The position numbers and the translations under genes are program-made. This document shows positions 10,545 through 22,146 of a stretch of DNA of 64,000 nucleotides, one piece after another. Numbering within the stretch: the stretch's first letter is position 1; each line of letters opens with the position of its first letter. The stretch is taken from NCBI GenBank assembly GCA_035575595.1, contig DATLXR010000007.1, forward strand, positions 9,125-73,124. The letters run 5' to 3'. The stretch comes from Sphingomicrobium sp. (GTDB lineage: Bacteria > Pseudomonadota > Alphaproteobacteria > Sphingomonadales > Sphingomonadaceae). The notes under the pieces were generated by a model, which saw only the letters and a list, made by a program, of their open reading frames with translations, searched no databases and was not told where the DNA came from.

Positions 10545-11594
10545 ATGGCGCATCAAGTCGCCACTTCTCCGCCGGAGGCCTCGATTGGCCCTGAGGCGGC
10601 GATCCAGGGGAGGTTCGAGCGCCACCCTGGCGCGCGCAAGACTTATGGCGCGCTCGACTTAGGCACCAACAATTGCCGGTTGCTGATTGCGCGTCCGATC
10701 GAAGGGGGTTTCACCGTCGTCGATGCCTTTTCGCGGATTGTTCGGCTCGGCGAAGGGCTCGGGCTGAGCGGCAGGTTGAGTGACGCGTCGATGGACCGCG
10801 CCGTGGCAGCGCTCGCGATCTGCGCCGACAAGCTGAAGCGACGCAACGTCATACTATCGCGGTCGGTCGCAACCGAGGCTTGCCGACGTGCGGTCAATGG
10901 CGGCGAATTTGCCGACCGGGTTCGACATGAAACCGGGATTGTGCTCGAAATCATTCCTCCCAAAGAAGAAGCGCGTCTTGCTGTGCTCGGTTGCCACAAG
11001 CTGCTTGAGCCGGGCGGGGGGCCCGCACTGATCTTTGATATTGGCGGTGGATCGACCGAGCTTGTGCTGGTCGACCATGGCGAGGAATCGCCGCGGATCA
11101 TCGCCTGGTGGTCGGCGCCGTGGGGGGTCGTCTCGCTGACCGAGACCGAGGGGCGCGAGGCGATCGAGGGGCCCGACCGGCTCGCCGCTTATGGGCGGAT
11201 GCGTGAGCGTGCCCGACGAAGCTTTCACCGCTTCGTCGATATGTTGCCAAAGGACGCCAAGGATATCCGGCTGCTTGGGACAAGTGGTACCGTGACGACG
11301 CTTGCAAGCGTGCACCTTGCGCTGCCAAGCTATGATCGCCGCGCGGTCGATGGCCTGCACGTCCCGGTTGGCGACATGCGCCGTATCTCGACGATGATTT
11401 CGGAACTCGATCTTTCGGGACGCTCGGCGCTGCCTTGCATCGGCGCCGACCGGGCGGATATGGTCGTTGCCGGGTGCGCAATTCTCGAAGCGATTCTCGA
11501 CATCTGGCCTGCGAAGCAATTGGGGATCGCCGACCGCGGAATCCGCGAAGGCATATTGCGCGCGCTTATGGCCCGCGACGGTTATATTCTATGA
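10545..11594 (+). CDS. ppx: Ppx/GppA family exopolyphosphatase
   Basis: ALDLGTNNCRL, ATEACR, EEARL, DIGGGSTE, GTSGT, GIREG. Confidence 0.92.
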   Translation: MAHQVATSPPEASIGPEAAIQGRFERHPGARKTYGALDLGTNNCRLLIARPIEGGFTVVDAFSRIVRLGEGLGLSGRLSDASMDRAVAALAICADKLKRRNVILSRSVATEACRRAVNGGEFADRVRHETGIVLEIIPPKEEARLAVLGCHKLLEPGGGPALIFDIGGGSTELVLVDHGEESPRIIAWWSAPWGVVSLTETEGREAIEGPDRLAAYGRMRERARRSFHRFVDMLPKDAKDIRLLGTSGTVTTLASVHLALPSYDRRAVDGLHVPVGDMRRISTMISELDLSGRSALPCIGADRADMVVAGCAILEAILDIWPAKQLGIADRGIREGILRALMARDGYIL

Positions 11595-12301
11595 GCCGTG
11601 GCGGTGGTGGTGGCCGGACGCGGGTCAAGACGGCGCGTGGCCGAACCGCCAGCTCGAACCGCTGGCTCGCGCGCCAGTTGAACGACCCCTATGTGCGCCG
11701 GGCTAAGGCAGAGGGCTATCGCAGCCGGGCCGCGTATAAGCTGCTGGAACTCGACGAGCGGTTTGGCTTGTTGCGCGGGGTCAAGGCAGTGATCGACCTT
11801 GGAATCGCTCCGGGCGGCTGGAGCCAGGTTGTACGTCGGCGGGCTCCCGCAGCGAGAATTGCCGGGATTGACCTGCTTCCGACCGACCCGATTGACGGCG
11901 TTGAAATCCTCCTGATGGATTTCATGGTCGACGAAGCGCCCGACCTGCTCCGCGAGGCGCTCGGCGAGGAGGCCGACCTGGTGCTCTCGGACATGGCGGC
12001 CAACACCGTCGGTCACCCCCAGACCGATCATTTGAGGACCATGGGCCTGGTCGAGGCTGGACTGATGTTCGCAGTGGAAGTGCTAAAGCCCGGCGGTGCC
12101 TTTGTCGCCAAGGTTCTTGCCGGCGGCGCGGATCATGAACTGGTCGCCGAACTCAAGCGGCATTTTACATCGGTCAAGCACGCCAAGCCCCCAGCAAGCC
12201 GTAAGGATTCAAGCGAGTGGTATGTCATTGCGCAAGGATTCAAGGGGCGCACGCGCGATGACGGCAGCGACGCATTCAACCCTTCGGTCGAGCGTCCCTG
12301 A
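11591..12301 (+). CDS. rlmE: 23S rRNA Um2552 methyltransferase RlmE/FtsJ
   Basis: YRSRAAYKL, DLGIAPGGWSQ, LSDMA, KPPASR.DSSE; ATGA overlap with the ppx stop. Confidence 0.95.
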   Translation: MSRGGGGGRTRVKTARGRTASSNRWLARQLNDPYVRRAKAEGYRSRAAYKLLELDERFGLLRGVKAVIDLGIAPGGWSQVVRRRAPAARIAGIDLLPTDPIDGVEILLMDFMVDEAPDLLREALGEEADLVLSDMAANTVGHPQTDHLRTMGLVEAGLMFAVEVLKPGGAFVAKVLAGGADHELVAELKRHFTSVKHAKPPASRKDSSEWYVIAQGFKGRTRDDGSDAFNPSVERP

Positions 12302-12983
12302 TAGCGTCCTTGAGGACATCGTAACCGACCGCGCTGTTCATCACCCGGTCGCCAACCACGAACAGCGGCGTCCCGGTTGCGCCCAACTGGCCGGCAATTT
12401 GGAAATTGCGCTTTAACTCGGCTTCTTGATCGGCTGCGCCCTGCGGCTGGCCGGGAACTCCCGCAGCAGCGGCAGCCGAAGCAATTGCTTGCGGGGTCGG
12501 GCGCCCCGCGGCCGAAAGGGCTTCATGAAAAGCGTTGAACTTGCCCGCCTTCGAAGCCGCCAACGCGACCCGCGAGGCAGCAAGACTTTCCGGGCCAAGG
12601 ATCGGAAGCTCGCGATAAATCACGCGCAAGCCCTTGTCCTCGGCGAGGAGGCGGGCGATGTCAGGATTGCTCTTCCGGCAGTAAGCGCAGGCAAAATCGT
12701 AAAAATAGGTCAGCGTGACCTCGGGCTTCACCGCGCCTTTCCAGCTCGAATGGAACGGCGTTTCGATCGATGCGCGTTGGGCGGCAATCGTCGGCGCATA
12801 TTGGCGATCGCGTAGCGCGTCCGACGCCTCTACCAGAATCTCGGGATGCGCGGACATCGCCTGCCGAACGATCCGCTCGCCCATCAGCGAGGGCCCCGCA
12901 ATCACAATCACCGCCCCCATAAGCGCGGCTCCGATCACGCCGCCGCCGAGTGCCGCGGCCCAGCGCGATCCTTTCTCGGTCAT
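12276..12983 (-). CDS. DsbA family protein
   Basis: FYDFACAYCRK (CxxC), ELPILG, GTP motif; N-terminal TM anchor. Confidence 0.9.
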   Translation of the reverse strand: MTEKGSRWAAALGGGVIGAALMGAVIVIAGPSLMGERIVRQAMSAHPEILVEASDALRDRQYAPTIAAQRASIETPFHSSWKGAVKPEVTLTYFYDFACAYCRKSNPDIARLLAEDKGLRVIYRELPILGPESLAASRVALAASKAGKFNAFHEALSAAGRPTPQAIASAAAAAGVPGQPQGAADQEAELKRNFQIAGQLGATGTPLFVVGDRVMNSAVGYDVLKDAIRDARPKG

Positions 12984-14341
12984 CGTTTTTTCTTGGCCTT
13001 CTTCACCTGGCTCTCGGATACCATCACGATGTCCTGAGCCCGAAGATAATCGGCCGAACCGACGGGCAGTCCCAGCATCGCGGATTTGGCGGCAGCCAGC
13101 GCCCGCACGGACTCGCCGAGCAAATTGCTGCGCTCGGCGGTTGCAAGGCTGGCGCGTGCCCGGTCGCCTTCGCGATCGTAGACGATGCCTAACTGGTACC
13201 AGGCAAAGGGATTATCATTGTCGCGATTGACCGCGGTCTTAAGCACCTGCTTCGCCTCTGCGAAATTCTTTGGATTTTCGGAAGCGATCAGAGCGTGGCC
13301 GAGGAGTACGGCGATCATTGGCTGGTCAGGCGCATATTTGACCGCCTGTCGTAACGGTGCGATCGCGGCAGCCGGCTGACCCCCTTCAAGCAATATCTGC
13401 CCTTTCAGTTCCAGAAAGAACGGATCATCCGGCTTTGTCGCAAGCAAGGCATCGGCCTCGGCACGGGCTTTGTCGGGATATGCGCCGAGATGATAGGCGT
13501 AGGCGCGGGCATAATGGGCCGGAATTCCCTGATCCGATTCGGGATACACTGTTGTCGCGCGTTTGGGATCGACATATCCGAGCAGCTTGGCCTTCACCCG
13601 CTGGAAGCGAGCTTCAGCCGCCGGGTCGGTCGCGAGATTCCATGCCCGGTCATTCCGGTACACTTGCTCAAGCGAGGCAATGCGTTCGCGTGAAAGCGGA
13701 TGCGTCCGGTCGTAGCTGTCCTTCTGCGAAACCGCGAGCCGATACTCCTGATTTTCGAGCTTCTTAAAGAACGCCAGACTGCCCTTGCCGCTGATACCGG
13801 CCTTGCCGAGATAGGCCGCGCCAGCGAGATCGGCAGAAGATTCCTGCGCTCTTGTAAAGGACAGAAAACTGCCCATTGCAGCTTGCTGGCCGGCCATTAA
13901 GACACCCATAGCCGCGTCGCCCGCGCCGGCCGCCGCGGCGGCGGCCGCGAGTACGAGCGACAACATGGTAATCCGTGTCGCATTGCCGGAGCCTTCTTTT
14001 ATGCGGATCGCATGACCGCCGACAACGTGCCCGAGTTCGTGCGCGATAACACCTTGAAGCTGATTGGCGTTGTCGGTCGCCGTCAACAGGCCCGAGTGAA
14101 TGTAAACCGCCTGGCCCGATGAAACGAACGCGTTGATTTCGGGATCGTTGATCAGGACGATCCGGACATTGGACGGTTGTAGTCCTGCAGCCTCGATGAT
14201 CGGTTTTGAAATTTCGCGGAACAGCAGCTCGGTTTCGCTGTCGCGAAGGATGGATTGAGCAGTGGCCGGCGGAGCCGCGGCAAGGGCCAGCGCGAGCGCC
14301 AGCATGAGGAGCCGGACTAACCGACTGGCTTGCAAATTCAT
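12980..14341 (-). CDS. M48 family metalloprotease with TPR repeats (BepA/YfgC-like)
   Basis: INAF, HELGH zinc motif, RAQESSAD, THP; signal peptide; C-terminal TPRs. Confidence 0.92.
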   Translation of the reverse strand: MNLQASRLVRLLMLALALALAAAPPATAQSILRDSETELLFREISKPIIEAAGLQPSNVRIVLINDPEINAFVSSGQAVYIHSGLLTATDNANQLQGVIAHELGHVVGGHAIRIKEGSGNATRITMLSLVLAAAAAAAGAGDAAMGVLMAGQQAAMGSFLSFTRAQESSADLAGAAYLGKAGISGKGSLAFFKKLENQEYRLAVSQKDSYDRTHPLSRERIASLEQVYRNDRAWNLATDPAAEARFQRVKAKLLGYVDPKRATTVYPESDQGIPAHYARAYAYHLGAYPDKARAEADALLATKPDDPFFLELKGQILLEGGQPAAAIAPLRQAVKYAPDQPMIAVLLGHALIASENPKNFAEAKQVLKTAVNRDNDNPFAWYQLGIVYDREGDRARASLATAERSNLLGESVRALAAAKSAMLGLPVGSADYLRAQDIVMVSESQVKKAKKKR

Positions 14342-14433
14342 GCGCTGCCCTTTCCACTCTAAGGCTGAACGCGCGATGAAACCGCGCGGAACCGATGCTC
14401 GCGCGGTTTCATTTGCTCTGGTCCGATATCGGC

Positions 14434-17076
14434 TCAGCCGAACGTCCGCTGCCACCAACCGCGCCGCAGGCCTGCCGGGTCGTCGTCGGCGGCGCCTTCG
14501 GTGCTTGGAGCACGGCTGGCTTTGGCCGCCGCCATTTCGGCAACCGGGGTGTTCATGGCTCTCGTCCCAGCGGCGACTGGCTCGATCGCCTGAGGTGCAG
14601 CCTTTTTTGCGCGCGACCTGCGCTTGGGCGCATCGGGCACGCTGGCGGCAGGCTTTGCCGAAGCCTCCTGAACCTCGCTGGTGTCTGATGCGACGACAGA
14701 CCTTGGTTCGACCGCCTCTGGCTCGACGATCGCCGGTTCGGCCATCGCGGGCTCGCTTGCTCGGCGAGCACGCGGACGGCGCCGCGCCTTGGGCCCCTCG
14801 GCCACCGGCTCGACAAGGCTTTCCGCAACCGGAGCTTCCTCGGCCAGCGGCGTTTCAACCATTGGGGAAGAATCAGACTCAACGGAAGGGGGTGTCAATT
14901 CCTCGGTCCCCTCGGACCGGCCCCGACGACCCCGGCCACCGCGGCGACCCCGGCGCGAACGCGGACGCTCATTACCATCGTCATCAGCACGCGCCTCGGC
15001 GCCGTCGACCGTCGCGTCGGTCCCAGGAGCAGTTGATTCCTTATCCGTACCAAGCTGTCCGCCATCGTCTTCGCGAACCGCGCTTTGGCCTGCGTCACGC
15101 TCGCCTGCGTCACGCTCGCCTGCTTCGCGCTCGCCTTCACCCTCGCGGCGATTACGGCCACGACCACCACGACGCCGGCGGCGCTTGCGCGGCGCGCCAT
15201 CCTCAGCGTCCCCCCGTGCCCGTGCGGGCCCTCGCCCGCGCTGTTCGCTGCGCTCCGGATCATCGTGATCCTCATCGTCGTGATCACGGTCCTTGCGGTT
15301 TTCATCTTCGGAATCGGCGTCGTCGAGCTCAGCCTCGGGGTCAAGGTCATCCTCTTCCTCAATCGGTGCCGCAATCGGCCGCTGTTGAGGTTCGGGGCGT
15401 GCGCCAGAGCTTTCGACGCTCATCCGCGCGCCCTCAAAGGCTTCGTCGATCATTACTTCGACCGTGACACCATAGCGCTCGTCGATCTCGGCAAGTTCTG
15501 CGCGCTTTTTGTTAAGGACGTAAATTGCCGCCTCGCGCCCCGCGCGCAGCAGGATGCGGTCGCCGCGTCCGCGGGCCGCTTCATCCTCGATGATGCGCAA
15601 CGCGCTCAGCCCCGAAGAACTCGCCGTCCGCATCAGGCCGGTGCCCTCGCAATGCGGGCACGCCTTGGTTGATGCCTCGAGCACTCCAGTGCGCAATCGC
15701 TGCCGGCTCATTTCCATCAGCCCGAATGACGAAATGCGGCCAACCTGGATTCGCGCGCGATCGTTCTTAAGCGCTTCCTTCATCGCCTTTTCGACTTTGC
15801 GAACGTGGTTCGACTGTTCCATGTCGATGAAGTCGATCACGACAAGCCCGGCCATGTCGCGCAGTCTGAGTTGGCGCGCAATCTCGTTGGCTGCTTCGAT
15901 GTTGGTCGCGAACGCCGTTTGCTCGATATTATGCTCGCGCGTGGACCGACCCGAGTTGATGTCGATCGACACCAGCGCTTCGGTGGGATTGATGACGAGG
16001 TAGCCGCCCGACTTGAGCTGGACGACCGGGTGGTACATCGCATTCAACTGATCCTCCACGCCGTAACGCTGGAAAATCGGGGTGGGGTCTGCATAGGCTT
16101 TCACCCGCCGGACGTGGCTTGGCATAAGCAGCTTCATGAAGCCGCGTGCGGCCTTGTATCCATCCTCACCCTCGACAAGCACTTCATCAATTTCACGATG
16201 ATAGAGGTCGCGGATTGCGCGCTTGATCAGGTCGCTGTCGCGATAGATGAGGGCCGGGGCTGAACTGCCGAGCGTCTTTTCGCGGATTTCATCCCACAGT
16301 CGCGCCAGATAGTCGAAGTCGCGCTTGATCTCCACCTTGGTGCGCGACAGTCCCGCCGTACGAACGATCAATCCCATCGTCTTGGGCAGATTGAGGTCGC
16401 TCATAATCGATTTTAGGCGTTTGCGATCGGACCCATTTGAAATCTTCCGGCTGATTCCCCCACCGTGACTGGTGTTGGGCATTAACACGCAATAGCGGCC
16501 GGCTAGGCTCAAATAAGTGGTCAGGGCGGCACCTTTGTTGCCCCGCTCTTCCTTGACGACCTGAACCAGAAGCACTTGGCGGCGCTGGATAACGTCTTGT
16601 ATTTTATAGCGGCGGCGCAGATTCTGGCGTTTGCGGCGAAGCTCGTCCGCGGCGCTTTCGTCTACCGGAGAGCGCGCCGAGCCAGTCCCAACCTCGTCCG
16701 CATCGTCTTCCCCGCCCTCGCCATCGTCCGAGACCGCTTCATCGCCATCTTCTAGATCCCCGCCGCGCAACCGCTCTTCCTCAAGCGCGTGCTCGGCCTC
16801 TTCGGCAAGCAGCGCATCACGGTCGGACTTGGGAATCTGATAATAATCGGGATGGATTTCGCTGAACGCGAGGAAACCATGGCGGTTGCCGCCATAATCG
16901 ATGAACGCCGCCTGGAGAGACGGTTCAACCCGCGTCACCTTGGCGAGATAGATGTTTCCCTTAAGTTGCTTGTGGTCCTCGGATTCGAAATCAAACTCTT
17001 CGATCCGATTCCCAGTGGCGACGGCGACCCGGGTTTCCTCCGGGTGGCGCGCGTCGATTAGCATGCGCATGGACAT
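14434..17076 (-). CDS. rne: Ribonuclease E
   Basis: KGNIYLAKV, S1 domain, DINSGR, IDFIDM, CPHC zinc link; disordered R/E-rich C-terminus ending GWWQRTFG. Confidence 0.96.
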   Translation of the reverse strand: MSMRMLIDARHPEETRVAVATGNRIEEFDFESEDHKQLKGNIYLAKVTRVEPSLQAAFIDYGGNRHGFLAFSEIHPDYYQIPKSDRDALLAEEAEHALEEERLRGGDLEDGDEAVSDDGEGGEDDADEVGTGSARSPVDESAADELRRKRQNLRRRYKIQDVIQRRQVLLVQVVKEERGNKGAALTTYLSLAGRYCVLMPNTSHGGGISRKISNGSDRKRLKSIMSDLNLPKTMGLIVRTAGLSRTKVEIKRDFDYLARLWDEIREKTLGSSAPALIYRDSDLIKRAIRDLYHREIDEVLVEGEDGYKAARGFMKLLMPSHVRRVKAYADPTPIFQRYGVEDQLNAMYHPVVQLKSGGYLVINPTEALVSIDINSGRSTREHNIEQTAFATNIEAANEIARQLRLRDMAGLVVIDFIDMEQSNHVRKVEKAMKEALKNDRARIQVGRISSFGLMEMSRQRLRTGVLEASTKACPHCEGTGLMRTASSSGLSALRIIEDEAARGRGDRILLRAGREAAIYVLNKKRAELAEIDERYGVTVEVMIDEAFEGARMSVESSGARPEPQQRPIAAPIEEEDDLDPEAELDDADSEDENRKDRDHDDEDHDDPERSEQRGRGPARARGDAEDGAPRKRRRRRGGRGRNRREGEGEREAGERDAGERDAGQSAVREDDGGQLGTDKESTAPGTDATVDGAEARADDDGNERPRSRRGRRGGRGRRGRSEGTEELTPPSVESDSSPMVETPLAEEAPVAESLVEPVAEGPKARRRPRARRASEPAMAEPAIVEPEAVEPRSVVASDTSEVQEASAKPAASVPDAPKRRSRAKKAAPQAIEPVAAGTRAMNTPVAEMAAAKASRAPSTEGAADDDPAGLRRGWWQRTFG
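15088..15136. repeat. 15-bp tandem repeat (x3) in the rne disordered region
   Basis: GCCTGCGTCACGCTC x2 + GCCTGCTTCGCGCTC; encodes EREAG-ERDAG-ERDAG. Confidence 0.85.
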
Positions 17077-17465
17077 TATAAATTCTCCGGGCGCGCAAGC
17101 CGGACGGTCTCGACCGGCAGCGCGCGATTGAACAGGCCAACGCCGATCCGGCGCCGGTTTGATGTGCGGAAATTGCCTCTGATGCTGACTTCATCGCGTT
17201 CATCGTCGCGAGAGACACGGCGCCAGGCTCAATATTGAGCAAAAGCTGGCCGTCCTGTGAAGTCATGCAGCGTCAACCTTGAAAACCGCGGATCCTCATG
17301 AGGTCGCGGCTGCATCCGTACGAAAGCCTCGACGGACACTGCCGATTAGCATTGTGTACCGCACCCCGCAACCGCCCCGATTGGTGAGTTTTTTCCGGGA
17401 ATGAGCGAATTGACGAAGAGTGCTCTGTCCGGCGATAAGCTTCGCGAGCGGGAGGACGCAAACCG

Positions 17466-18344
17466 TTGAGGCGCCACTACAAATATCTGTACACAGGCAT
17501 GGGGGCCGTGATGCTGGCGGGTATCGCCGCGATTCTTGATCGCAGCGGCCACCCGTCTGGAGCGCCGGCGCCCGTGCTCGTCGGTGAAGCCCGGCGCGGC
17601 GGGCTGACCCACATCCTGCCCGACGCGGTCCGTGATATCCGCGTCCGCGAGGCCCGTGTGCCTGGTCGGCCGATTGTCCTTGTAGATCCGGGTCATGGTG
17701 GGCGCGATCCCGGTGCGCCTACGGTATCGGGGCAGCTAACGGAGAAATATCTTACACTCGCAATGGCCACCGAACTCGCCGATTTGATCGAGAGGCGTGG
17801 GCGCGTGCGGGTGGCCCTGGCGCGAGAGAACGACCGTTATCTCAGTCTCGATCAGCGCGCGGCGATCGCCCGCCGGATTGGGGCTAGTCTGTTCGTGTCC
17901 CTGCATATGGACAGCGCGCCTAACCCGCTGGCGCGCGGCGCAACAATCTACTCCTTAGCCGAGACTGCTTCGAGCGCGGAAGCGGCGCGCTTCGCCGCAG
18001 CTGAAAACCGGGCCGGGCGGGCGCTTAGCAGCGAACCGGAAGACTCGCTTAGGATCATCCTGGCCGACCTCGCCCTGCGCGGTCAGATGGAGCAGTCTGC
18101 GGTCCTGGCGCAGCGATTGGTTCGCCGGGCCGCGGGGCGGGTCGAACTGCGCCCGCGGCCGCACCAGTTCGCCGCTTTCCAGGTGTTGCGCCGATCCGAA
18201 ACTCCGGCCCTGCTCGTTGAGGCGGGCTATATTAGCAATGCCGAAGACGAGGCGCGCCTCGCTACCGCAAAGGGCCGCGCCCCGATGGTGCTGGCGCTGG
18301 CACAGGCGATCGAGGCTGATCTTGCGTCGCGTCGCCTTCGCTGA
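17466..18344 (+). CDS. N-acetylmuramoyl-L-alanine amidase (Amidase_3; start uncertain, alternative ATG 17499)
   Basis: VDPGHGG.DPGA, EK, SLHMD, LVEAGYISN. Confidence 0.92.
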   Translation: MRRHYKYLYTGMGAVMLAGIAAILDRSGHPSGAPAPVLVGEARRGGLTHILPDAVRDIRVREARVPGRPIVLVDPGHGGRDPGAPTVSGQLTEKYLTLAMATELADLIERRGRVRVALARENDRYLSLDQRAAIARRIGASLFVSLHMDSAPNPLARGATIYSLAETASSAEAARFAAAENRAGRALSSEPEDSLRIILADLALRGQMEQSAVLAQRLVRRAAGRVELRPRPHQFAAFQVLRRSETPALLVEAGYISNAEDEARLATAKGRAPMVLALAQAIEADLASRRLR

Positions 18345-18407
18345 GCGCTATTCGAATGATAGCTGCCTTTCGCGCCGCATCGTAAGCCGCTAGGGGCTGA
18401 ACCGACC

Positions 18408-20972
18408 ATGCCGTCCCTCGCCACTCCAATGCCCGACCTGGTCCGGTTCAACGAGCGCATCCGTGCGGGCTTGGACCCCTTGTTTAAGCGCCGCTGGGTG
18501 CGTCGTCTGGCTTGGGCCGGTGTCGCCGCATATGTGGGCTTTCTTCTTGTCTGGTTGCTGTTCGCGACTGGCCTGCCAAGTTCGGAGAAGCTTCTCGCCT
18601 ATCAGCCGCCGCTACCGACCAATGTTCGCGGCTACGACGGCAATCCGATTGGCACCTATGCACGTGAGCGGCGTGTCGAGCTGGACTTCGACGAATATCC
18701 GCGGCTTGTGGTCAATGCCTTCATCGCCGCCGAGGACAAGACGTTCTTCAGCCATGGCGGGATTGATTATCCCGGCCTCGCCGGGGCGGTGTTCGATTAT
18801 ACGCGCAAGTCGGTGAGTGGCGGTCGTGCGCGGGGTGGATCGACGATCACGCAGCAGGTGGCCAAAGCCCTGCTTCAGGACGATGCATATTCTATCAGCC
18901 GCAAGGTCCGCGAAGCGATCCTTGCTTTTCGCCTTGAATCGACACTTTCGAAGCAACAGATTTTCGAGCTTTATCTCAACCAGATTTTCCTTGGGCGGAA
19001 CGCCTATGGCGTGCAGGCCGCGGCGCGGGCTTATTACGATAAGGACGTCGATCAGCTTACCTTGCCGGAGGTTGCTTATCTCGCGGTGCTGCCGAAGGCT
19101 CCGAGCAATTATGATCCGGTTCGTGCGACGCGCCGGGCGCTTGAGCGGCGCAATTATGTTTTGCGTGAAATGGCGGGAAACGGGTTCATTAGCGAAGGCC
19201 AGCGTGCTGCGGCGGCCGAAGCGCCACTGGGCACAATACGCTATGGCAGCAATGCCAAGTTTCGTGAGCAGGGCGGCTATTTTCTCGAAGAGGTCCGCCG
19301 CACGCTCCTTGCAAAATATGGGGACGCTGCCGACGATGGCCCCAACAGCATCTATGCCGGCGGCTTGTCCGTCCGCACCTCGATGGATCCGAAAATGCAG
19401 GACGCCGCGGCGGAAGCATTGCGAGAGGGGTTGGCGAAGTTCGATGGCGGACGCGGCTGGCGCGATAATGGTCTTTCGATTCCGATAGATGGCGATTGGG
19501 CAGCGCAGCTCCGCGCGGCGCAGCTTGGCACCGGATTTCCCGATTGGCGCAAGGCGGTAGTGCTCAAAAAGTCGGGGCGGAGTGCCGAGATCGGCTTTGG
19601 CGACGGGTCGAAGGGGATGCTTCCGGCGTCTGCGGCGCAACAGGCCAAGCGCGGCGGCGGGGGAGCGGCATTCGGCTCGTTGAAGCCAGGAATGGTGATT
19701 ATCGTCAAGCAGTTAGGTGCAGAGAGCTACGCATTGCGTTCGATTCCGGAAATTGGCGGCGGTTTTGTTGCCGAGGAAGTGCATAGCGGGCGCGTATTGG
19801 CGATGCATGGCGGGTTCGATGTTGTCGGTTCATCCTACAATCGCGCATCGCAGGCACAGCGCCAGCCAGGTTCGGCATTCAAGCCGATCGTCTATGTCAC
19901 CGCGCTCGAGAATGGGATGACCCCGGCGTCGATTCTGGTCGATGCGCCATTTTGCGTGTGGCAGGGGGCAGGGCTCGGCAATAAATGCTTCAAAAACTTC
20001 GACAGCGGCTATGCGGGACCCAAGACTTTGCGCTGGGGGGTCGAGCAGTCGCGCAATCTGATGACCATCCGCGCCGCCTCGCAAACCGGCATCGAGAAGG
20101 TCGTCGCCAATGCGTCGAAGCTCGGCGTTGGTGATTATGATCGCTATCTGTCGATCGCGCTCGGCGCGGGTGATACGACGGTGCTCAAGCTGACCAATGC
20201 TTATGCGATCCTCGCCAATCAGGGGCGCGCGGTGAAGCCGACGCTGATCGATTATGTCCAGGATCGTCAGGGCAAGCTGGTCTATCGAAGCGACAATCGC
20301 TGTGCGGTGATGGAAGGGTGTAACGCGCCCGACTGGAACGGCCGGGCAATGCCAAGGCCGCCGGTACGCGCCAAGCAATTGCTCGATCCGCAGGCGGCTT
20401 ATCAGATGGTCCATGTCCTCGAAGGCGTGGTCGAGCGCGGCACGGCAACGGTCCTGCGCAGCCTCGACCGGCCCCTGTTCGGCAAGACCGGGACGACCAC
20501 CGGCCCGACCAACGTTTGGTTCGTCGGCGGCACTCCCGACGTCGTTGCCGGTGTCTATCTTGGCTATGATCAGCCGCGTTCGATGGGCGGCTATGCCCAG
20601 GGCGGGCGGATTGCCGCGCCGGTGTTCAAGCAGTTTGCGCAGGTTGCGTTCAAGGACATGCCGAAGACGCCGTTCGTCGCCCCGCCGGGGATCCGGATGG
20701 TGCGCATCGACCGGGTTTCCGGGCGCCGCGTCTATGGTGCATTTCCGGTTCAGGAGGACCCCAAGTCGTCGGTGATCTGGGAGGCGTTCAAGCCCGAGAC
20801 CGAGCCGCGGCGCACCTTCCGCCGAAGCGCCGAGCTTTCTGCCCAGCGCATTGCGCAAGCGAAAAAGCCTGCCCCGGCGCGCCGGCCGCGCACGGTTCGA
20901 CCGCCGCCCGCCGCGCCGCGCCCACCAGTCGACAGCGGCGAATTCTTGCAAAACCAGGGTGGGATTTACTAG
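18408..20972 (+). CDS. mrcA: Penicillin-binding protein 1A
   Basis: Transglycosylase [20 protein letters not shown]; transpeptidase SAFK, SRN, KTG. Confidence 0.95.
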   Translation: MPSLATPMPDLVRFNERIRAGLDPLFKRRWVRRLAWAGVAAYVGFLLVWLLFATGLPSSEKLLAYQPPLPTNVRGYDGNPIGTYARERRVELDFDEYPRLVVNAFIAAEDKTFFSHGGIDYPGLAGAVFDYTRKSVSGGRARGGSTITQQVAKALLQDDAYSISRKVREAILAFRLESTLSKQQIFELYLNQIFLGRNAYGVQAAARAYYDKDVDQLTLPEVAYLAVLPKAPSNYDPVRATRRALERRNYVLREMAGNGFISEGQRAAAAEAPLGTIRYGSNAKFREQGGYFLEEVRRTLLAKYGDAADDGPNSIYAGGLSVRTSMDPKMQDAAAEALREGLAKFDGGRGWRDNGLSIPIDGDWAAQLRAAQLGTGFPDWRKAVVLKKSGRSAEIGFGDGSKGMLPASAAQQAKRGGGGAAFGSLKPGMVIIVKQLGAESYALRSIPEIGGGFVAEEVHSGRVLAMHGGFDVVGSSYNRASQAQRQPGSAFKPIVYVTALENGMTPASILVDAPFCVWQGAGLGNKCFKNFDSGYAGPKTLRWGVEQSRNLMTIRAASQTGIEKVVANASKLGVGDYDRYLSIALGAGDTTVLKLTNAYAILANQGRAVKPTLIDYVQDRQGKLVYRSDNRCAVMEGCNAPDWNGRAMPRPPVRAKQLLDPQAAYQMVHVLEGVVERGTATVLRSLDRPLFGKTGTTTGPTNVWFVGGTPDVVAGVYLGYDQPRSMGGYAQGGRIAAPVFKQFAQVAFKDMPKTPFVAPPGIRMVRIDRVSGRRVYGAFPVQEDPKSSVIWEAFKPETEPRRTFRRSAELSAQRIAQAKKPAPARRPRTVRPPPAAPRPPVDSGEFLQNQGGIY

Positions 20973-21018
20973 GGCGGATCCCCGTTGCTGGCCCATTCTC
21001 CACTCGAAGGTTCATTCC

Positions 21019-22146
21019 ATGCGCGCCGAAGCGCAAGCTCATATCGATCAGATCAAGGCCGCCACTCAGCTGCTTCGCCGCTTCCTCGACTGGGACCGCG
21101 CGCTGAAGCGGCTGAGCGAGCTTAACGATCTGGTCGAGGACCCGACCTTGTGGAACGACCCCAAGGGCGCTCAGGAAGTGATGCGCGAGCGCCGCAGGCT
21201 CGAGGAAGCGATCGCCGCGACCCGAAAGATCGAGAGCGAGCTCAAGGACATCGTCGAGCTGATCGAAATGGCCGAAAGCGAAGGCGATCTGGCGCTGATC
21301 GACGATGGCTCGCGCGCCCTTACCGAACTTTCCGAGCGCGCCGAACGCGACAAGGTCGCGGCGCTTCTTGCGGGCGAGGCGGATGCCAACAACAGCTATA
21401 TCGAAGTCAATGCCGGGGCAGGGGGCACCGAGAGTCAGGATTGGGCGGGAATGCTCCAGCGAATGTATTCGCGCTGGGCCGAGCGCCACGGAATGAAGGT
21501 CGAACTGATCGATCATCATTCGGGCGAGCAGGCCGGGATCAAATCCGCGACGATGCTGATCAAGGGCGAGAACGCCTATGGCTATGCCAAGACCGAAAGC
21601 GGGGTCCATCGATTGGTGCGGATCAGCCCCTATGACAGCGCGGCGCGGCGCCACACCAGCTTCGCAAGCGTCTGGGTCTATCCCGAGGTCGACGAAAATA
21701 TCGACATTGAGATTAACGAGAGCGAGCTCCGAATCGACACCTATCGCGCGTCGGGAGCAGGCGGGCAACACGTCAACACCACCGACAGCGCGGTGCGGAT
21801 CACGCATGTTCCGACCAACATCGTCGTCCAGTGCCAGAACCAGCGCAGCCAGCACAAGAACCGTGCCGAGGCGATGAAGCAGTTGAAAGCGCGGCTATAC
21901 GAGGCCGAATTGCAAAAGCGCGAGGCCGAGGCCAATGCCAATGCCGCGTCGAAGACCGACATCGGCTGGGGCCACCAGATCCGGAGCTACGTCCTTCAGC
22001 CCTATCAGATGGTCAAGGATTTGCGCACCGGAGTGACCTCGACCGCGCCGATGGACGTGCTCGATGGCGATCTCGACCGGTTCATGGCCGCGGCCTTGTC
22101 TCAGCGCGTCACCGGCGAGAAAGTTGATGTCGAGGATGTCGATTAA
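21019..22146 (+). CDS. prfB: Peptide chain release factor 2 (continuous ORF, no frameshift)
   Basis: SPY recognition motif, [11 protein letters not shown]. Confidence 0.96.
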   Translation: MRAEAQAHIDQIKAATQLLRRFLDWDRALKRLSELNDLVEDPTLWNDPKGAQEVMRERRRLEEAIAATRKIESELKDIVELIEMAESEGDLALIDDGSRALTELSERAERDKVAALLAGEADANNSYIEVNAGAGGTESQDWAGMLQRMYSRWAERHGMKVELIDHHSGEQAGIKSATMLIKGENAYGYAKTESGVHRLVRISPYDSAARRHTSFASVWVYPEVDENIDIEINESELRIDTYRASGAGGQHVNTTDSAVRITHVPTNIVVQCQNQRSQHKNRAEAMKQLKARLYEAELQKREAEANANAASKTDIGWGHQIRSYVLQPYQMVKDLRTGVTSTAPMDVLDGDLDRFMAAALSQRVTGEKVDVEDVD

